A DNA stretch of 35,623 bases from Candidatus Omnitrophota bacterium (GCA_003645745.1 QNCH01000001.1:1-35623); one strand, 5' to 3'; positions 30,001 to 30,410 are shown, counted from the stretch's first letter. Made by a program: numbers and translations. The notes: generated from the sequence alone by a model not told the origin.

Positions 30001-30044
30001 TACAATTAATAGATGCGTTGCATACAGTAGGCGCGAGATTGTAA
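63..30044 (+). CDS. Giant (>=9,993 aa) multidomain membrane-anchored protein: EF-hand/dockerin-like loops, YD(RHS)-like repeats, novel tandem arrays, two Gly-zipper TM clusters, PG-binding-like motif, SecA/SF2-like ATPase, TPR-like tail; 5' end unresolved
   Basis: Single open frame of 29,982 nt with a TAA stop at 30042-30044, in AT-rich DNA. Every nested ORF in the other frames is <=203 aa. The translation shows coherent repeat and domain structure along its whole length (see sub-features). TTG at 63 is only the first start-like codon. The frame has no stop back to nt 3, there is no Shine-Dalgarno motif before 63, and there is no N-terminal signal peptide. Confidence 0.9.
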   Translation: MNNFSGYILAQGEISFGEKLTQEQTKDITGSFSSAALFKAITGRSRKSSATTLKDITVSSSSSDLVVTDTNHNGNLDTQDRVTISSSQGEVETISGSQAVERIQKQTGLEQSVFNLTELNNSTYNVNMVDITGTQTRITSVARQDVVRVETINYTQLSEVQNSSYTNYVSKGNFEQAEYFLKQNNLYQNENTTEYMSDGTNKVLESSQVLVSDSTTCVTRTESAGEDTVVSVEQIEDGKLSHKDVYAVAETIENNMCGVSGLSFELQKEDIVGIKSAMDYSYTDGEVDYEISQVNFKDGAAVNFQKISLKLDNSDYCHINEIGFIYNRDQNGAIVKNEAKDSEDSDGQQSEQTENEYVKNAQAVLENISKLEVNQTEEIYKGSEFVSGVYIKGFTFAEYDSVDFANNSLSYTDDDSIVWEATQITFNDLNFLSDSYVINPDFLVAKFSKKTENGVLIFVARNTSITDVTDITTAAYDLSDTSFNSIQYVNNNGDVFFADNVSFESQSLRGAYTLDMQKDSSGCFEHINVQNTDSDGVVRVTTNLVIDPNDLSKSSYDLSDTSKNSVQHRNENGDIYSADNVSFNSESLSGTYTLDLTKNGAGNFKHLSVYNIGDDGVVRFTSNISVEDEHNIRSVEYDLSDTSKNFIQYKGEDGERHTENVSFSGDNLSSAYTVVEVEEQTEVETEPERSAALEAITTYEYDDQGRVIEERRDGNVLYQNENGDIAAVTVYKDWVIKYEYDESGNKSSEVLNGTVVTYNIKPGISCTAEDIDALLSSDTANITELDYNQDGVLTAADMQAAINQQQYLIDRIDRYSSRRHRSSSRVRSASNELSSLLSQYDLNIDGTIDSADLAIFEKSAEFVEIISNITVSITEYQDLSTQYSYDSNGNVSSKVLSGKTYSIENVSDYEIGKYTIEEILNSNADKVDFNHDGKVTVSDVNLVSSAVEEANELMKRIQQYQGYIDNGSHYQVPLAQCERQFSALLAKYDLTGDGVIDLADFAFCQENVGLYKIFDIGGSIAVTEYKAFTTDYTYDSNGEIKSETLNGSVANYSYSIKNGTAHKYTVEEMLNLDTDKINYIIEKQKNYSSHRHIIELYVERYARYGVSAEELSQYDLTGDGVIDSADFAFYNRALELVAIRKDNSFSVTEYKDLVTEYNYDGQGNVISEIKNGKMMECSIFSGGKNTELTEYENYEVNYTYNEQAQVTSMSYSGKITTYQIKNKNVTFDNIEEICQQMGNSAGAIEKSVTEYDNYQITNINYNEDGEIISQAQDGKIIITTLSGVVTKTYTSEVADGQVVSQIIDKYADMEDKDLSGHFKEVYTYKRNDQGDMLEETVEQFASNIGDSELTLIEKQVKTYEYNSDGKITKQATDVYKLQVVEAEHWTYKPAGYMSKVDQKDELIPEIRDFVLTAQEIITYTYDSEGVLSGKTTDTYELLVMRDAHWTYLPPQNRSVCLKDEWVPAERELVLTKQEAAVYDNAGTMVENTINTYAAQKTGGHWVRSYDDSGKRKSIWIADKKVMVNTKQEVTTYEHNSSAGTIKESTDIYVLPSDEHKQELVLSGRVVNLRQYNSMGTLLSVTTDTYGTPEDKRDLRDWQRANPSEDLMHLKQDVVTYEYDNTGKLSKVTTDSAWYRDRQNTQTSIMYTYSGNTTAIVTTVKNYAGNVTSKEVTLTFSNGGSYTQGKAGTRWWSEIKSVAGDVISKGGAAGKGGSSNWIKKYDLQGNLRMSQSSSHFSGRDTGYHTTKETQEDGSVVTVNTLWESSWSNSSFSLQRWDVFGIRTANKNNSSSSSSSSNLRKTVTVQYADTTNSAGETIKGGKTVTEYRKGEFKSSEVFNGSGKKILACNTSGITYADALYEPKLTAFFNDNPDFSNRAVTGSFDTQSNLVVSLVLSEGALFNVISFAGAACTSKNIAGGDAVIGDVIGQIQTMDSGAVVAELGLNAGTAAAESLNETAYGWTTYRGTEDIYAQDLSRIATVTYTPMDKLKNLVTYKDNSIDQTYALEELPEEDAPIIEPAADADADSGANTFADWTGAGTNLTIIDNNNNGIMDDGDSVNISNGDSTANMTVSEAIGVIQQQTGVNLSEGIELSAAEINNQISSSGYGVNMININSNQTTITSANSQGTRIYTMEHSQLSDAQNSSYTNYLSAGNFQQAEWLLKANHLYTGGNVRENLSDGTNVELSRTNLLAYGDNLCVTRTEYAEMPAIVSVEAFKDEKLSHKDVYGVAESSAENTIYEVSGFEFGLSGEEIVGISSAADYSYTEGEDDYEISQVNFENGTAVNFQKINRRLSDSDYCLIEETGFIYHRDENGNIIKIETEETKATNSSGGQQENESIKNAQDVLSNISEVETESEGNIYEGVAMLSSEYISGFITAVYDSSNIEENTLRYTDENNITWEASNVTFADLNSLTNTYTIDADSLVALSKTEKNGGLLICSTTNTSITDVNDITTGAYSLSDTEQNAVMYVKDNGDTYTALNVTFNTESLTGGYDLDLSVDANDNLKYISVYNKGEDGITRSTINIVLNRGNDLSRASYSLADSAQNSLEYRDENGDIYTAENVSFAGRTLDSEYTLDLSADENGGLNYVSVYNTDENGVATGTTNISIEDEHNLKSASYSLTETANNFVQYTDDDGCKYSAENVSFSGETLDSEYTLDLSRNTDGGLNNISVYAVAQDGTIRGTANVVIEDEHNLSLASYDVSNAKHNYMQYIDESGVVWKVSNVEFSEGTLSGAYQLHDIAGFSDEELLGKTLPKIASEFSELVSSGPSQYAGLKESRFGAAGKYDISVDLNEGIATYVQDSDFIFAITLTEKEGAGEGVSFQAGDLISYRSVRIITEDRVMTDVITGGEFTLSAGTYTSMVDLLEGTETVFAEDENDSSYIFTTVDRTATFDDSQETVDFNAGDLIGGRYSIDLTEAKFITDPITQQQVSIAPGTYTVALDLLEGTETIITDQDKGFYYTFTTIDREIMIENATNLVNFNAGDFVAGRYEITLTEDIRLPDLNISGKGIGAVMPQGTYIVVVDMKSATQTFLAPNNEEFYYTFTTVGRRVKFEGIENDVIISVDAGGFIAGRFAVHIGKGVSYELFASRLRSSGDISAYGWSDEMSVEYGYAVEGDHIAESDVLGGTNTIIDEENDSFWTFTTVRRDLALPEPAEGWGRRDSRTRRIEKGALISFRYQARVEKDISLDYGEILAKGNYIVEKDCIARTETYTNKSDASYYTFYVGSKEDLSSSYDRLSNQGMKTSRGRARRNRQIEEVRKQLIYINGPGILIKSGKEKTISSEDNVGFNDFLTGQQKQVQEGKYFCEIDYLEKIETLSNKETGNIYSFALNSVEVGKGWEKGYILERGDFIGGRYTVNLEQDLPITDWKTNQQVNIGAGEYTAVVDLLEGTETLVDAENDFYYTFTTIDRSLADTEQRDGYNFSAGDFIQGRYSLTIGQETDASLSLEDGVDDISAQQELSVTDPVSSQQVNFAAGEYIAQVDLLKGIEILIDQQNTDDNFHYTFTTVRINLAPEGVAAANVQAGTLIEGRYEVILSSNINILDVETNQTTTLQAGESYIAALNLLAGQEVLTTNSGDNLEATSYTFIINNPAVSNAADNYIFDLKTGNVVAPRNVTYDAGGQITGYEYSEMYGALNHTISGITRENDIAEPETLSTFPQSQIIGNKVTGWQCISDDLISGEIETTQRTGITYDQELRIAGYTDRITSPATPELVTTNIVSDVMKWDAQGNPLEYTQVNRQQSLLAEEFERLGGGPQEVTISVTARGGGNHSMPYFGVFVNGEEVSRWQLGHDVSNVYTVTLTLSLGDSIEIRQIDIPKHGSTNLTKVEVTLGDTTFSTNMDDKRNSASWASDYRLATDQIMQGEDVSDGYYQLYPYKGRGAGSVDITGQIFLNSIETKVVSDTQLDSGGNLISWKETIVTNAAPNLTTESVYTRTSTGVIIKSHLFGTDPNGNLRGNKDIENEVTQSLINVYNSSSELQQQFPDALNPDNSSAKQELINWAQQTGYAENAELSAYAPAEQLTIDYYTTSKITFLDDNGSYKSELADGRGNIIVTKEIHNADGSITTTTLGGYDDENAPGSNKKHRDQSWDTNMVFNSTQFSTVTQSQFQYNGLGQKIAYEQKINGGDTQHIYGITYNQYGQMSGKVMKEGRSTTWTHDIKYNALDLKTFEIGNAGYKSSKFSSLTITETTYQYDQYGMVKHIDKDVTYHKEWVKKSFMSNPVVMIVAAIIIAIIAVFTAGAGLALLGVGGAAGASAIGAGMAAVSSMFTMSLTVGSLIATCGGAFIGSMGASLLAGNSFGDALTAGAIGAVGGLVGSALGPLMQGFGAGWAGNAGNIVSGFNQMGTIAQGLVKAGAWVGSKLGGAANLISSGIGKIGNFFSPAISGIKDFFAPLTSKFSEFGGKIAGAWGKVKNFVKTNIGDKVKNFYNHGTATVPATTTQKVVTSIADRAMYIGAVEGLDSVGVGNDGAMIIGGAIVGGIIGGSGAGTTFEQGFTSGAVQAGVSQLDLGGWENVVGVAASVAVDAKISGTKISKIPAAEIQKIAGSAVYTGMQKVGQALGIDPTLTSINSILLRSQCLDKPETALVSGVTNLAVTSAIQAITGKEWSELSNTERLLAAGVADIFSIAATEAYFASDSGNFKDNFENKLRSGLEAAYTFGAPDNLTTGNLSDYLGSVIDFGNDYMENGLADSLVNITTDTWINQAVDEIGGQYGLIAGIFGDVETGGDIDGSRYILQENEDGTKIRVWNNGSITYENSLGEEIGHRRSFNSNFDPAQLEGKVVYVEAWDSGKRDYYAYNQDTNKFILIGSTEQQKIPERPVYSFNSEYTEEFTEIINNGLTSIDVLNNGLMPITQYDYLSTYMPQMYEGNFSLLSSVPDQTAPAITAITYNPIAQIYQYQYTDGNTGLYNQNNHNFALANQNGQVLGNWTFNPAQGTSLYDYYINNNAVNQVTGQSPAFSGIDFNNGIVYSQDNDPNAAHNQAYLLSGQGEVAGEVYFTPNRTIVDTGYDTLTTNIGLYPGNSLMQNSAGTFDVYFDPTQGTIINAQDSNVGFNSVIPANANFFTGDAGINATTINLHGNTDIIDTGVEEISTSSGQGGSGGQAGTAYLQENNGSVWVHAGENASLTVNYNLQNQAVFNHGQKFMIDGNYPVTINNVNTHSGLVTGIEGGIQPSIDAIFETESLGFVQSVNYEGVIGLHSMSVPANDAVILDNSLLGTSLPELGIGVSGQQLKINNINADGRVVGLGIDSSLGVNAQSQIGFRDNYSEQTISLSSDLSPGQEVHIGLGLNGGYVLTKDLEIDPFAGGGRINAGSAVSDLTIGADGSVTSLEFSNMGVSVDLFKGESFGIGQNIYDYSQNDNYSSGTSTGAGNDVWVNKDLSNNFSLQNGRINISENKGVTFNSGDSVRFSGLSDQDVITIHNGDAIEFKGNTFGLHLTNALPYTEDINQQITLITNQGKTRTDLSATEVIGADGKVQAYYGFEGFSSQDAGDEVRLGEIAYQVTNVGGKYKLTTALETENLQQQYTYNNKEYSLGLEKGNILFTPDLMGRLVSAEEVNMGNGSKLKELSINPGAINKEGVITQAGINTATVYLSSADGLDIAEDLVINSDKMMSSAQTTNNFLEVSKDPENMTYLDRDNQIMHGIVHLQSDASGQVGVHYVYGQQFEISNADTVRDSVLINGVAAGNGEWMVLNNTAVLISETGQMWDLDVLNGQGQNASALVNIDTHMEQGEKANQYTIYGHTAKYEFTQENIGYTVLKNGQEFKVQEIDGEIGLGLDNLSVTNPEDNKVYLHTDYISNAELIKGGLNLYDIDNRLNTQIAFRGQDSAGPSNGVLNYVYTSGMDANKDFYIQQKTYQFSKDHKYTGFNLNTSTYFNDQSLQVRTENQTGAYSLRKIDANGRVTEYSFSTQKTQTDISKEINDLGIHGVSINDQDKFRVVSLGSEAVTWLQGKELGIKADGIFGANTQTSVSNYLNPELGRNTREHNLGVIGYYSGFLNSENTGLLLGGINTLQTQQAIEQSKDALTGNWVQGENGGKIYTGDIMLGGLSVENVTVEFNSDEKIEKIKLNEENSGKVYLMPGEKGNVGIDKQAYEFSAGAEGAQEKIYLGQMDEKFNVTLSADLAVKDFENDFIIMADYQGVQAELTLGANGLTLINGVYQANQKVYLHTIPDGGGSTSPTTNITNVNIRDYNSPDTYLISGIVEVRGGQELIFTEGASLSVWQEPGSTFTYNGQTWVQGSWDVGANGQLEARKDESYVQLFKEGGLDCRVSGIGRPDHGITWKEITGDTSIDSKVSLASVDPTSIFYGGTLGIESGSLVARNAPYLRVSTDEMGNKVMFAGHTDENGLRHDMRYSSSYSHPSETDSSIDPYFARMDAIHPEDAINFTVSNLAANNESAWRVFSAQVEISDASFAEFLADIDAGIASGAISENPTFNFSVESTDGKIASVTSTWELKNGREYVPVYEQEYDGNPIALGQTFDVIFNQGTDKEITRSYVVEEFGSELRFMSASRVTENKQAVILNQTREIDLAQGPVYELYNLQNNVFSLRGTKEVNGHTGVGFIGDNEEFLLLNGNKVSKTENTYFVNQGIGYSITDLGTGLDNAYISSGVGGAGGESKENKIRIFDRNGEVYIAKDCLFTIQNNQWMVTGSDSLENIGDTKIKVINANGDDQFLRGGVYARISEGKLNTYVSGGVVDYNDKWSRYGKNVLELPGRGIKAVFDETDGVWSALGKTVSIGLIGGAAVTASVFGAVEMGSLIPGAIKSVEGGFISKSALGLTGLESGSISYGLAVGAIKLAGSVAVGSAGMAGIEAVRGGSSEEIKEAAFEGAKMGAYYWGLSGALGLVSHASKLELSAEAGELFTGNVFQRAGQRLAAYVGRGQSTQKLANVLGKGATRATYAGRMAADTALGVAETSLGVGRISIPFHAGAKVVEALIETTPIEDHIWGVEKLAEFGQGNIEDAILQGFVFGAVLGLPPLRWATGAAAGLGRKMLSKPGEILYATPLGSTVGRAAAKLVNDPVLKAASMGGVFSAISSGSEIYQILNDDSRDLFSKESLEDIAISGAVGFGMGVAWSLGSSAAQGIGNLAKSSLLKRTANAGVKAVTSAKNTFSMLAREGYVENTFSGMLQTCGVDPYTAEILAELLPEKGGGASAKAFAYTNMGSVISYSEDSQGLGNKINLSSLNTEEDSRIEANLTRLEAKYNLEDGTLTNRLNSGSLTATGVMSTINESGSSGISVSEVCSEVGISVGMVQESLSLDAAQMENEFGISIEKGNAFEGTTLSELSILGGTPEHWENQVSLEEAKKLGIDISEFQSPGISDTDTIISIEAKLGKDSESAQKLRSRIGDISIAEYAKVKGVSLESLAEKSNCELKASLVSGDSAMSEFARAKGLSINAEFLAQYDLNLGSIQGRLEGKTIEDKLSETIDAELAEVKKDLKFNAEQLASLPAKGETRTKERLGLEQTKLISAKQQLETLRENIGQIETTNELSAISEKLGIETGQLLDKVGIKVSDLWKINGKDKEQFAKDENVKIAPKYALDQEQLMGEGENVNALIESLIAGNQAISLVVKDDAGNLVLEFNQASKIEVKAFDKKTGIIHIAVDSSGIKQEFDLTIDQDGGLLKVESGKISINSEVFELESAEDDDGNIIWKIKEDIGNKAQQKMARRMNTILDKFAQSRGYELSVRNDVNQLESVLKLAFDPETFWEIPAGTGKTKAIFTVAAAFTAEFTGRKIVNVLHNKPLLKDAVQDDFKGNGELGERGEFFQSLAVVSQADFADLVGQDNVDALIEDLIDQGYIDAELNILPAFRQTNEKDFSLVCQDKGYAMQSAQIYTVLETASKGITSLQFTQEDLKILEKGGDNAEKLIQRINDADVIYIESDAWGFLALEAQQANKFNWGEKKWVKQAHNAIFGDSKVIHDEVDTMFGKNRFQQGQDARILTDTEIDAILFVHKAMQGIVKQGMVESKQDFDNPVERVKAERGLLEFSVQHRDTFEDSTMSYEEYKSLADPYNYNVKGVAYNKKAKEALVEYINENGITTESGDKHEFEVKYDNGDIVLVNENGTNEKILTTVKASLSGRVKVLRQYEGGAMGYDDASGLMKPFANKNLAPDLQISDPYLAGHTEVVGKDLMSEELKTKGQQVEPLLRKMRLSGRALITTMARAMRMARKVGADISGFSGTIAPVSQLSSAFYGINTVLNNAENKGMRLFDSENKLERTDTESEALQSIDLENGKVHVCLTGLKGIDEQVITTEMLEMYQREGYTVIFKDQQTGWLVYRTDKLEAGELSGLVTAELQENTEFKEKKLTAEQVNQACALIVNKVNNDTEINLEVVSNLHNAKIKAELITEIETELKITSEQAQALVDTALNSANNLLVEQRDTNQIEGYLEKERTAEEKVMFFYNLSACRGTDVSFADRSIKGVMDKVEGEVDVHAFFDPLSVDFDVEQLLKRDRGLKLQNPANNGKWEFVFNETNSENSGFVFENQKDPEKNYTPVYNALTVHYVGKVSDDAQTVDQRTAKYILEQYVSPEQAQAVMAGLGNAQVEVSAFTQKLKDNGISEETIAKVTDFIKISYVFAQNGISEQKDMMYKGLSDIYDTLTGEFIDSLIETAHNPIEMKKIQEMQKDFYESFGSDTNIKLIESAPSAVDALQTKLNNIIDFFESRKNKGNDPVFSVLSKTNKQKIQAFIDARPKLNLTGKIDHRAVPIGMADSLAQAVDSTNKLIKVSDLPTIVSMSGKAHTTITAQSYESREDSMQNFTDSEKKEFKQGLEQRGLLDGNTLSASGVVAMNALETLEKADDKVKTELMKLAESRGKDLRNSIAMLLWFLLDEDLFSVNELSSATMDKLIHIIAVIQSFGKAVNRNALIGKIKNIQHTDDPLALPKAVLAELEKDIGQYKDLSKKITSEVSSIAQEDRLNTAKAIVLESSFDHATKVKIITNLEGIQNIDDPFALGKAVFGAIESKGSIGKLSLYEALSTQIAVLDLVANDLKDTKLKIAYLEQAIAKDQSNLNLSNGLKKLPLMLSLGLKANQLQGSGLKQILKKLKETLTMSGMPINTGLKEKLENLKQVYAKFELSIPELKEIADNSGIDQLKENPLSLGLLFNPELEQTQVTNAEKLSVVLEFLSEHSAELADEFGKLSLTNVTDFGSLSKDQQETILSYFAKAGHDLKPEEFSNLRSMQSMLGNVGGFGIASMLQGLMDKVSDDKFAGQASGAEAASLSVEAEEQKITLVNWFAGTDVSIGEYYVAAAESKIKEAQKPENTENKADLIRNAVGNFNKVIDNLESSAAERISACLGLASIYTDQNLGYLTPGNLTHIDGLLDGKTNNVNSLLKNKELSAKQKKQFLNQLAQTELRLSDAYLGLKTPMPINSVTYGIKALNNIKKLPEDAREDFDFDSAASTLAQRALKIEDKGSAIMFLKQISGFVPDHGTVHYCLGTVHLEQKNLTKAEQSFKQAIAKMPDTDKLRNNAYLSLAEIYLEQEEAEKAEQILVQGMENFVAPNVKLSAAKRNQAIDAYFVPAFNMAKDKLGNLNLCAEILQKRHSKSNIPLVSLSDRVKAAAYAAAVKIEQGKAFSADDFARAYGIKDVELINKFGGAVGNLRAAKGAYNADKYATAAINIIAELVGTINTPLEKAEVIDSQTVLSADPKFQSAVDTLLASFNDLALTEQEQVAANKSLESFRKGEVEQAFNILHTGLTVNSSKDYRMLVVGFAIVNKLESGAGLDKISNLVTNYAMNAEPKSKLLNFANRLISNKDSYSESNYLISVCSQTKALFEKDVELSSNVAGFTETNDMYKMQVGKDVSEQATVAQELAGLGIVLGQGKDSKYVTINDFLNDNGITEANSAIKITAGNITYFARTEGLGNTPELSMLIKVNKGKVETVEIYTAGVFSRQVQKQEDKDNYLSAMQSQPDLKRFVVAADGQVVQEQIRVDSQTQGTKQSMGFDSLRNQVLEAVSGTFRENNAGKINTLPVQLIDALHTVGARL
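219..2085 (+). repeat. Paralogous module A1 of the giant ORF (~620 aa; EF-hand-like loop, conserved blocks, ~80-aa tandem units at 1455..2085)
   Basis: EF-hand-like loop DTNHNGNLDTQD at 267..302. Conserved blocks are NSSYTNY..GNFEQAE, KLSHKDVY.VAE and DYEISQVNF..G.AVNFQKI. About three tandem units follow with the pattern Y.LSDT..N..Y....GD.Y.A.NVSF....L...YTLDL. A1 aligns along its whole length to 6180..8280. An exact 27-nt match (gattatgagattagccaggtaaatttt) occurs at 924 and 6867, an in-frame offset of 5,943 nt. Confidence 0.85.
2148..5100 (+). other. YD/RHS-like repeat block 1 of the giant ORF
   Basis: Many copies of the Y.YD..G..(hydrophobic) beta-hairpin motif: YEYDDQGRVIEE, YEYDESGNKSSE, YSYDSNGNVSSK, YTYDSNGEIKSE, YNYDGQGNVISE, INYNEDGEIISQ, YEYNSDGKITKQ, YTYDSEGVLSGK, VYDNAGTMVEN, YEYDNTGKLSKV. 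This matches the consensus of RHS/YD repeats (Pfam RHS_repeat PF05593, TIGR01643) by eye only. Confidence 0.7.
2340..3480 (+). repeat. Three ~125-150 aa units carrying paired dockerin/EF-hand-type Ca-loop motifs, interleaved with YD hairpins
   Basis: D.N.DG.(I/V)...D loops are DYNQDGVLTAADM (2418..), DLNIDGTIDSADL (~2582..), DFNHDGKVTVSDV (2844..), DLTGDGVIDLADF (3027..) and DLTGDGVIDSADF (3405..). Loops occur in pairs ~40 aa apart, as in the two-segment dockerin module (Pfam Dockerin_1 PF00404). The third unit has lost its first loop. A 50-nt stretch at 3023 and 3401 differs at only 2 positions. Confidence 0.6.
6180..8280 (+). repeat. Paralogous module A2 of the giant ORF (~700 aa; one extra ~80-aa tandem unit; tandem part 7395..8280)
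   Basis: EF-hand-like loop DNNNNGIMDDGD at 6192..6227. It has the same ordered blocks as A1: NSSYTNYLSAGNFQQAE, KLSHKDVYGVAE, DYEISQVNFENGTAVNFQKI. Four to five tandem units follow (e.g. SYSLADSAQNSLEYRDENGDIYTAENVSFAGRTLDSEYTLDLS). An acidic linker EELPEEDAPIIEPAADADAD precedes it at ~6075..6135. Confidence 0.85.
8521..10850 (+). repeat. Tandem array of ~9-10 copies of an unrecognised ~80-105 aa repeat in the giant ORF
   Basis: Recurrent grammar: (F/V)(N/Q)AGD(L/F)I.GRY...L......(I/V).....QQV....G(T/E)Y.(A/V).(V/L)DLLEGTET......(D/N)..(F/Y)YTFTT(V/I)(D/G)R. The cleanest copies start near 8521, 8761, 9001, 10098, 10330 and 10618. Central copies (9240-10090) are degenerate and contain Arg-rich inserts. 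Confidence 0.85.
10908..12690 (+). other. YD-like repeat block 2 of the giant ORF, ending directly at the first TM cluster
   Basis: Motifs NVTYDAGGQITGYEY, GITYDQELRIAGY, KWDAQGNPLEY, FQYNGLGQKIAYE, ITYNQYGQMSGKV and YQYDQYGMVKHI. The last hairpin ends ~10 codons before the hydrophobic run at 12729. No Rhs core motif (P....DP.GL) was seen. Confidence 0.55.
11331..11567 (+). other. Small beta-sandwich/CBM-like insert (tentative)
   Basis: The sequence PQEVTISVTARGGGNHSMPYFGVFVNGEEVSRWQLGHDVSNVYTVTLTLSLGDSIEIRQIDIPKHGSTNLTKVEVTLGD has alternating beta-strand periodicity. Its pattern (I.V.A.G....P.F.V.VNG..V..W.......Y.V...L..G..I.I) is common in carbohydrate-binding jelly-roll modules. This is pattern resemblance only. 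Confidence 0.3.
12729..13060 (+). other. Transmembrane / glycine-zipper cluster 1 (~aa 4223-4333; about 3-4 helices)
   Basis: PVVMIVAAIIIAIIAVFTAGAGLALLGVGGAAGASAIGAGMAAVSSMFTMSLTVGSLIATCGGAFIGSMGASLLAGNSFGDALTAGAIGAVGGLVGSALGPLMQGFGAGWAG. The run is ~110 aa with almost no charged residues (a single Asp), is rich in G...G/A...A zipper spacing, and is flanked by KEWVKKSF on the N side. Confidence 0.8.
13474..13535 (+). other. Additional glycine-zipper hydrophobic segment
   Basis: GAMIIGGAIVGGIIGGSGAG is a single ~20 aa G..G zipper, ~140 aa after cluster 1. It could be one further membrane pass, which changes the topology parity. Confidence 0.5.
17892..18135 (+). other. Peptidoglycan-binding-like motif (PG_binding_1-type) in the inter-TM region
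   Basis: LGSEAVTWLQGKELGIKADGIFGANTQTSVSNYL fits the PF01471 core pattern G..V..LQ..L.....DG.FG..T...V..(F/Y). A second degenerate copy follows: LGVIGYYSGFLNSENTGLLLGGINTLQTQQAIEQ. Confidence 0.55.
20270..21330 (+). other. Transmembrane / Gly-Ala-rich hydrophobic cluster 2 (~aa 6737-7090; several helices separated by short polar loops)
   Basis: Hydrophobic segments are TVSIGLIGGAAVTASVFGAVEMGSLIPGAI, ISYGLAVGAIKLAGSVAVGSAGMAGI, GAYYWGLSGALGLVSHA, FVFGAVLGLPPLRWATGAAAGLG and IAISGAVGFGMGVAWSLGSSAAQGIG. Confidence 0.7.
21787..22630 (+). repeat. About seven short helix-turn-helix-like repeats ((A/E)..(K/E).G(I/V/L)(S/D/E)(I/V/L)......)
   Basis: Instances are SEVGISVGMVQESL, NEFGISIEKGNAF, EEAKKLGIDISEFQ, AEYAKVKGVSLESLAEK, SEFARAKGLSINAEFLAQ and SEKLGIETGQLLDKVGIKVSDLWK. 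They are spaced ~25-45 aa apart. Confidence 0.45.
23150..25450 (+). other. SF2 (DEAD/DEAH-type) two-lobe ATPase module with a SecA-like motif set and large inserts
   Basis: Walker A is EIPAGTGKTKA (23202..23225, aa 7714). Walker B/motif II is VIHDEVDTMF (DEVD at 23835..23846, aa 7925). Motif III-like is ISGFSGTIAP (24603..24617, aa 8181). Motif V-like is SACRGTDVSF (25293..25313, aa 8411). A possible degenerate motif VI is QLLKRDRG (~25413..25440). For comparison, the SecA motifs are TGEGKT, DEVD, GMTGTA, AGRGTDI and QLRGR.GRQG. A ~250 aa insert sits between motifs II and III, the position of the SecA preprotein cross-linking domain. Confidence 0.65.
28368..28578 (+). other. Two TPR-like helical hairpins in the C-terminal tail
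   Basis: HGTVHYCLGTVHLEQKNLTKAEQSFKQAIAKMPDTDKLRNNAYLSLAEIYLEQEEAEKAEQILVQGMENF shows the 34-aa TPR signature spacing (G..Y/H......A...F..AI...P). Confidence 0.6.
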
Positions 30045-30115
30045 GAAGAATGGCGGCAGCTATCGCAATTGGAGAAAAGTAAAAATGAAAATTAATAAAA
30101 ACAATAATCCTGTAG

Positions 30116-30135
30116 GGTATGGGCATGCCCATACC
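30116..30135 (+). promoter_or_regulatory. Perfect 20-bp GC-rich palindrome/hairpin 72 nt after the giant ORF stop (possible 3' stabiliser or protein-binding site)
   Basis: ggtatgggcatgcccatacc equals its own reverse complement. It is not followed by a T-tract, so it is not a canonical intrinsic terminator. Confidence 0.3.
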
Positions 30136-30227
30136 TCTAATAGAAATAAAATAACCATCTAATTTAATATATAAGGAGTTTTTTTAATTTGTTTAAATTT
30201 TTAAGGGGTTACAAAAAGGAGCTGTGT

Positions 30228-30410
30228 TATACTCAAATGTAATAGGTTTGCAATTTTATGACGTTCCCCTCACACTGCATCTTGAAACGTTTTTTTATCT
30301 CCAAACCTTAACGCAGCAAGCTGCGCCTGCGGTTTGTCTTAGGTCAGATCGTTCCAATCTACAGTACAGGGAAATGTCTAAATTTTACAAACCTATTACG
30401 TTTGAGTATA
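30228..30410. repeat. Palindromic MITE/REP-like element, copy A (183 bp)
   Basis: Its termini tatactcaaatgtaataggtttgcaatttta ... aaattttacaaacctattacgtttgagtata are inverted repeats. The inner segment acgttcccctcacactgcatcttgaaacg has a degenerate inverted partner at ~30351-30380. It shares ~80% identity with the left arm of copies B and C. Confidence 0.8.

Noticed and set aside
63-30044. Catalytic or toxin signatures: HExxH metalloprotease, Rhs core P....DP.GL, RTX GGxGxD nonapeptides, cysteine-protease or glycosyltransferase toxin domains.
   Set aside because: I could find none by eye. Absence by visual scan is weak evidence, so no enzymatic activity is claimed apart from the P-loop ATPase.
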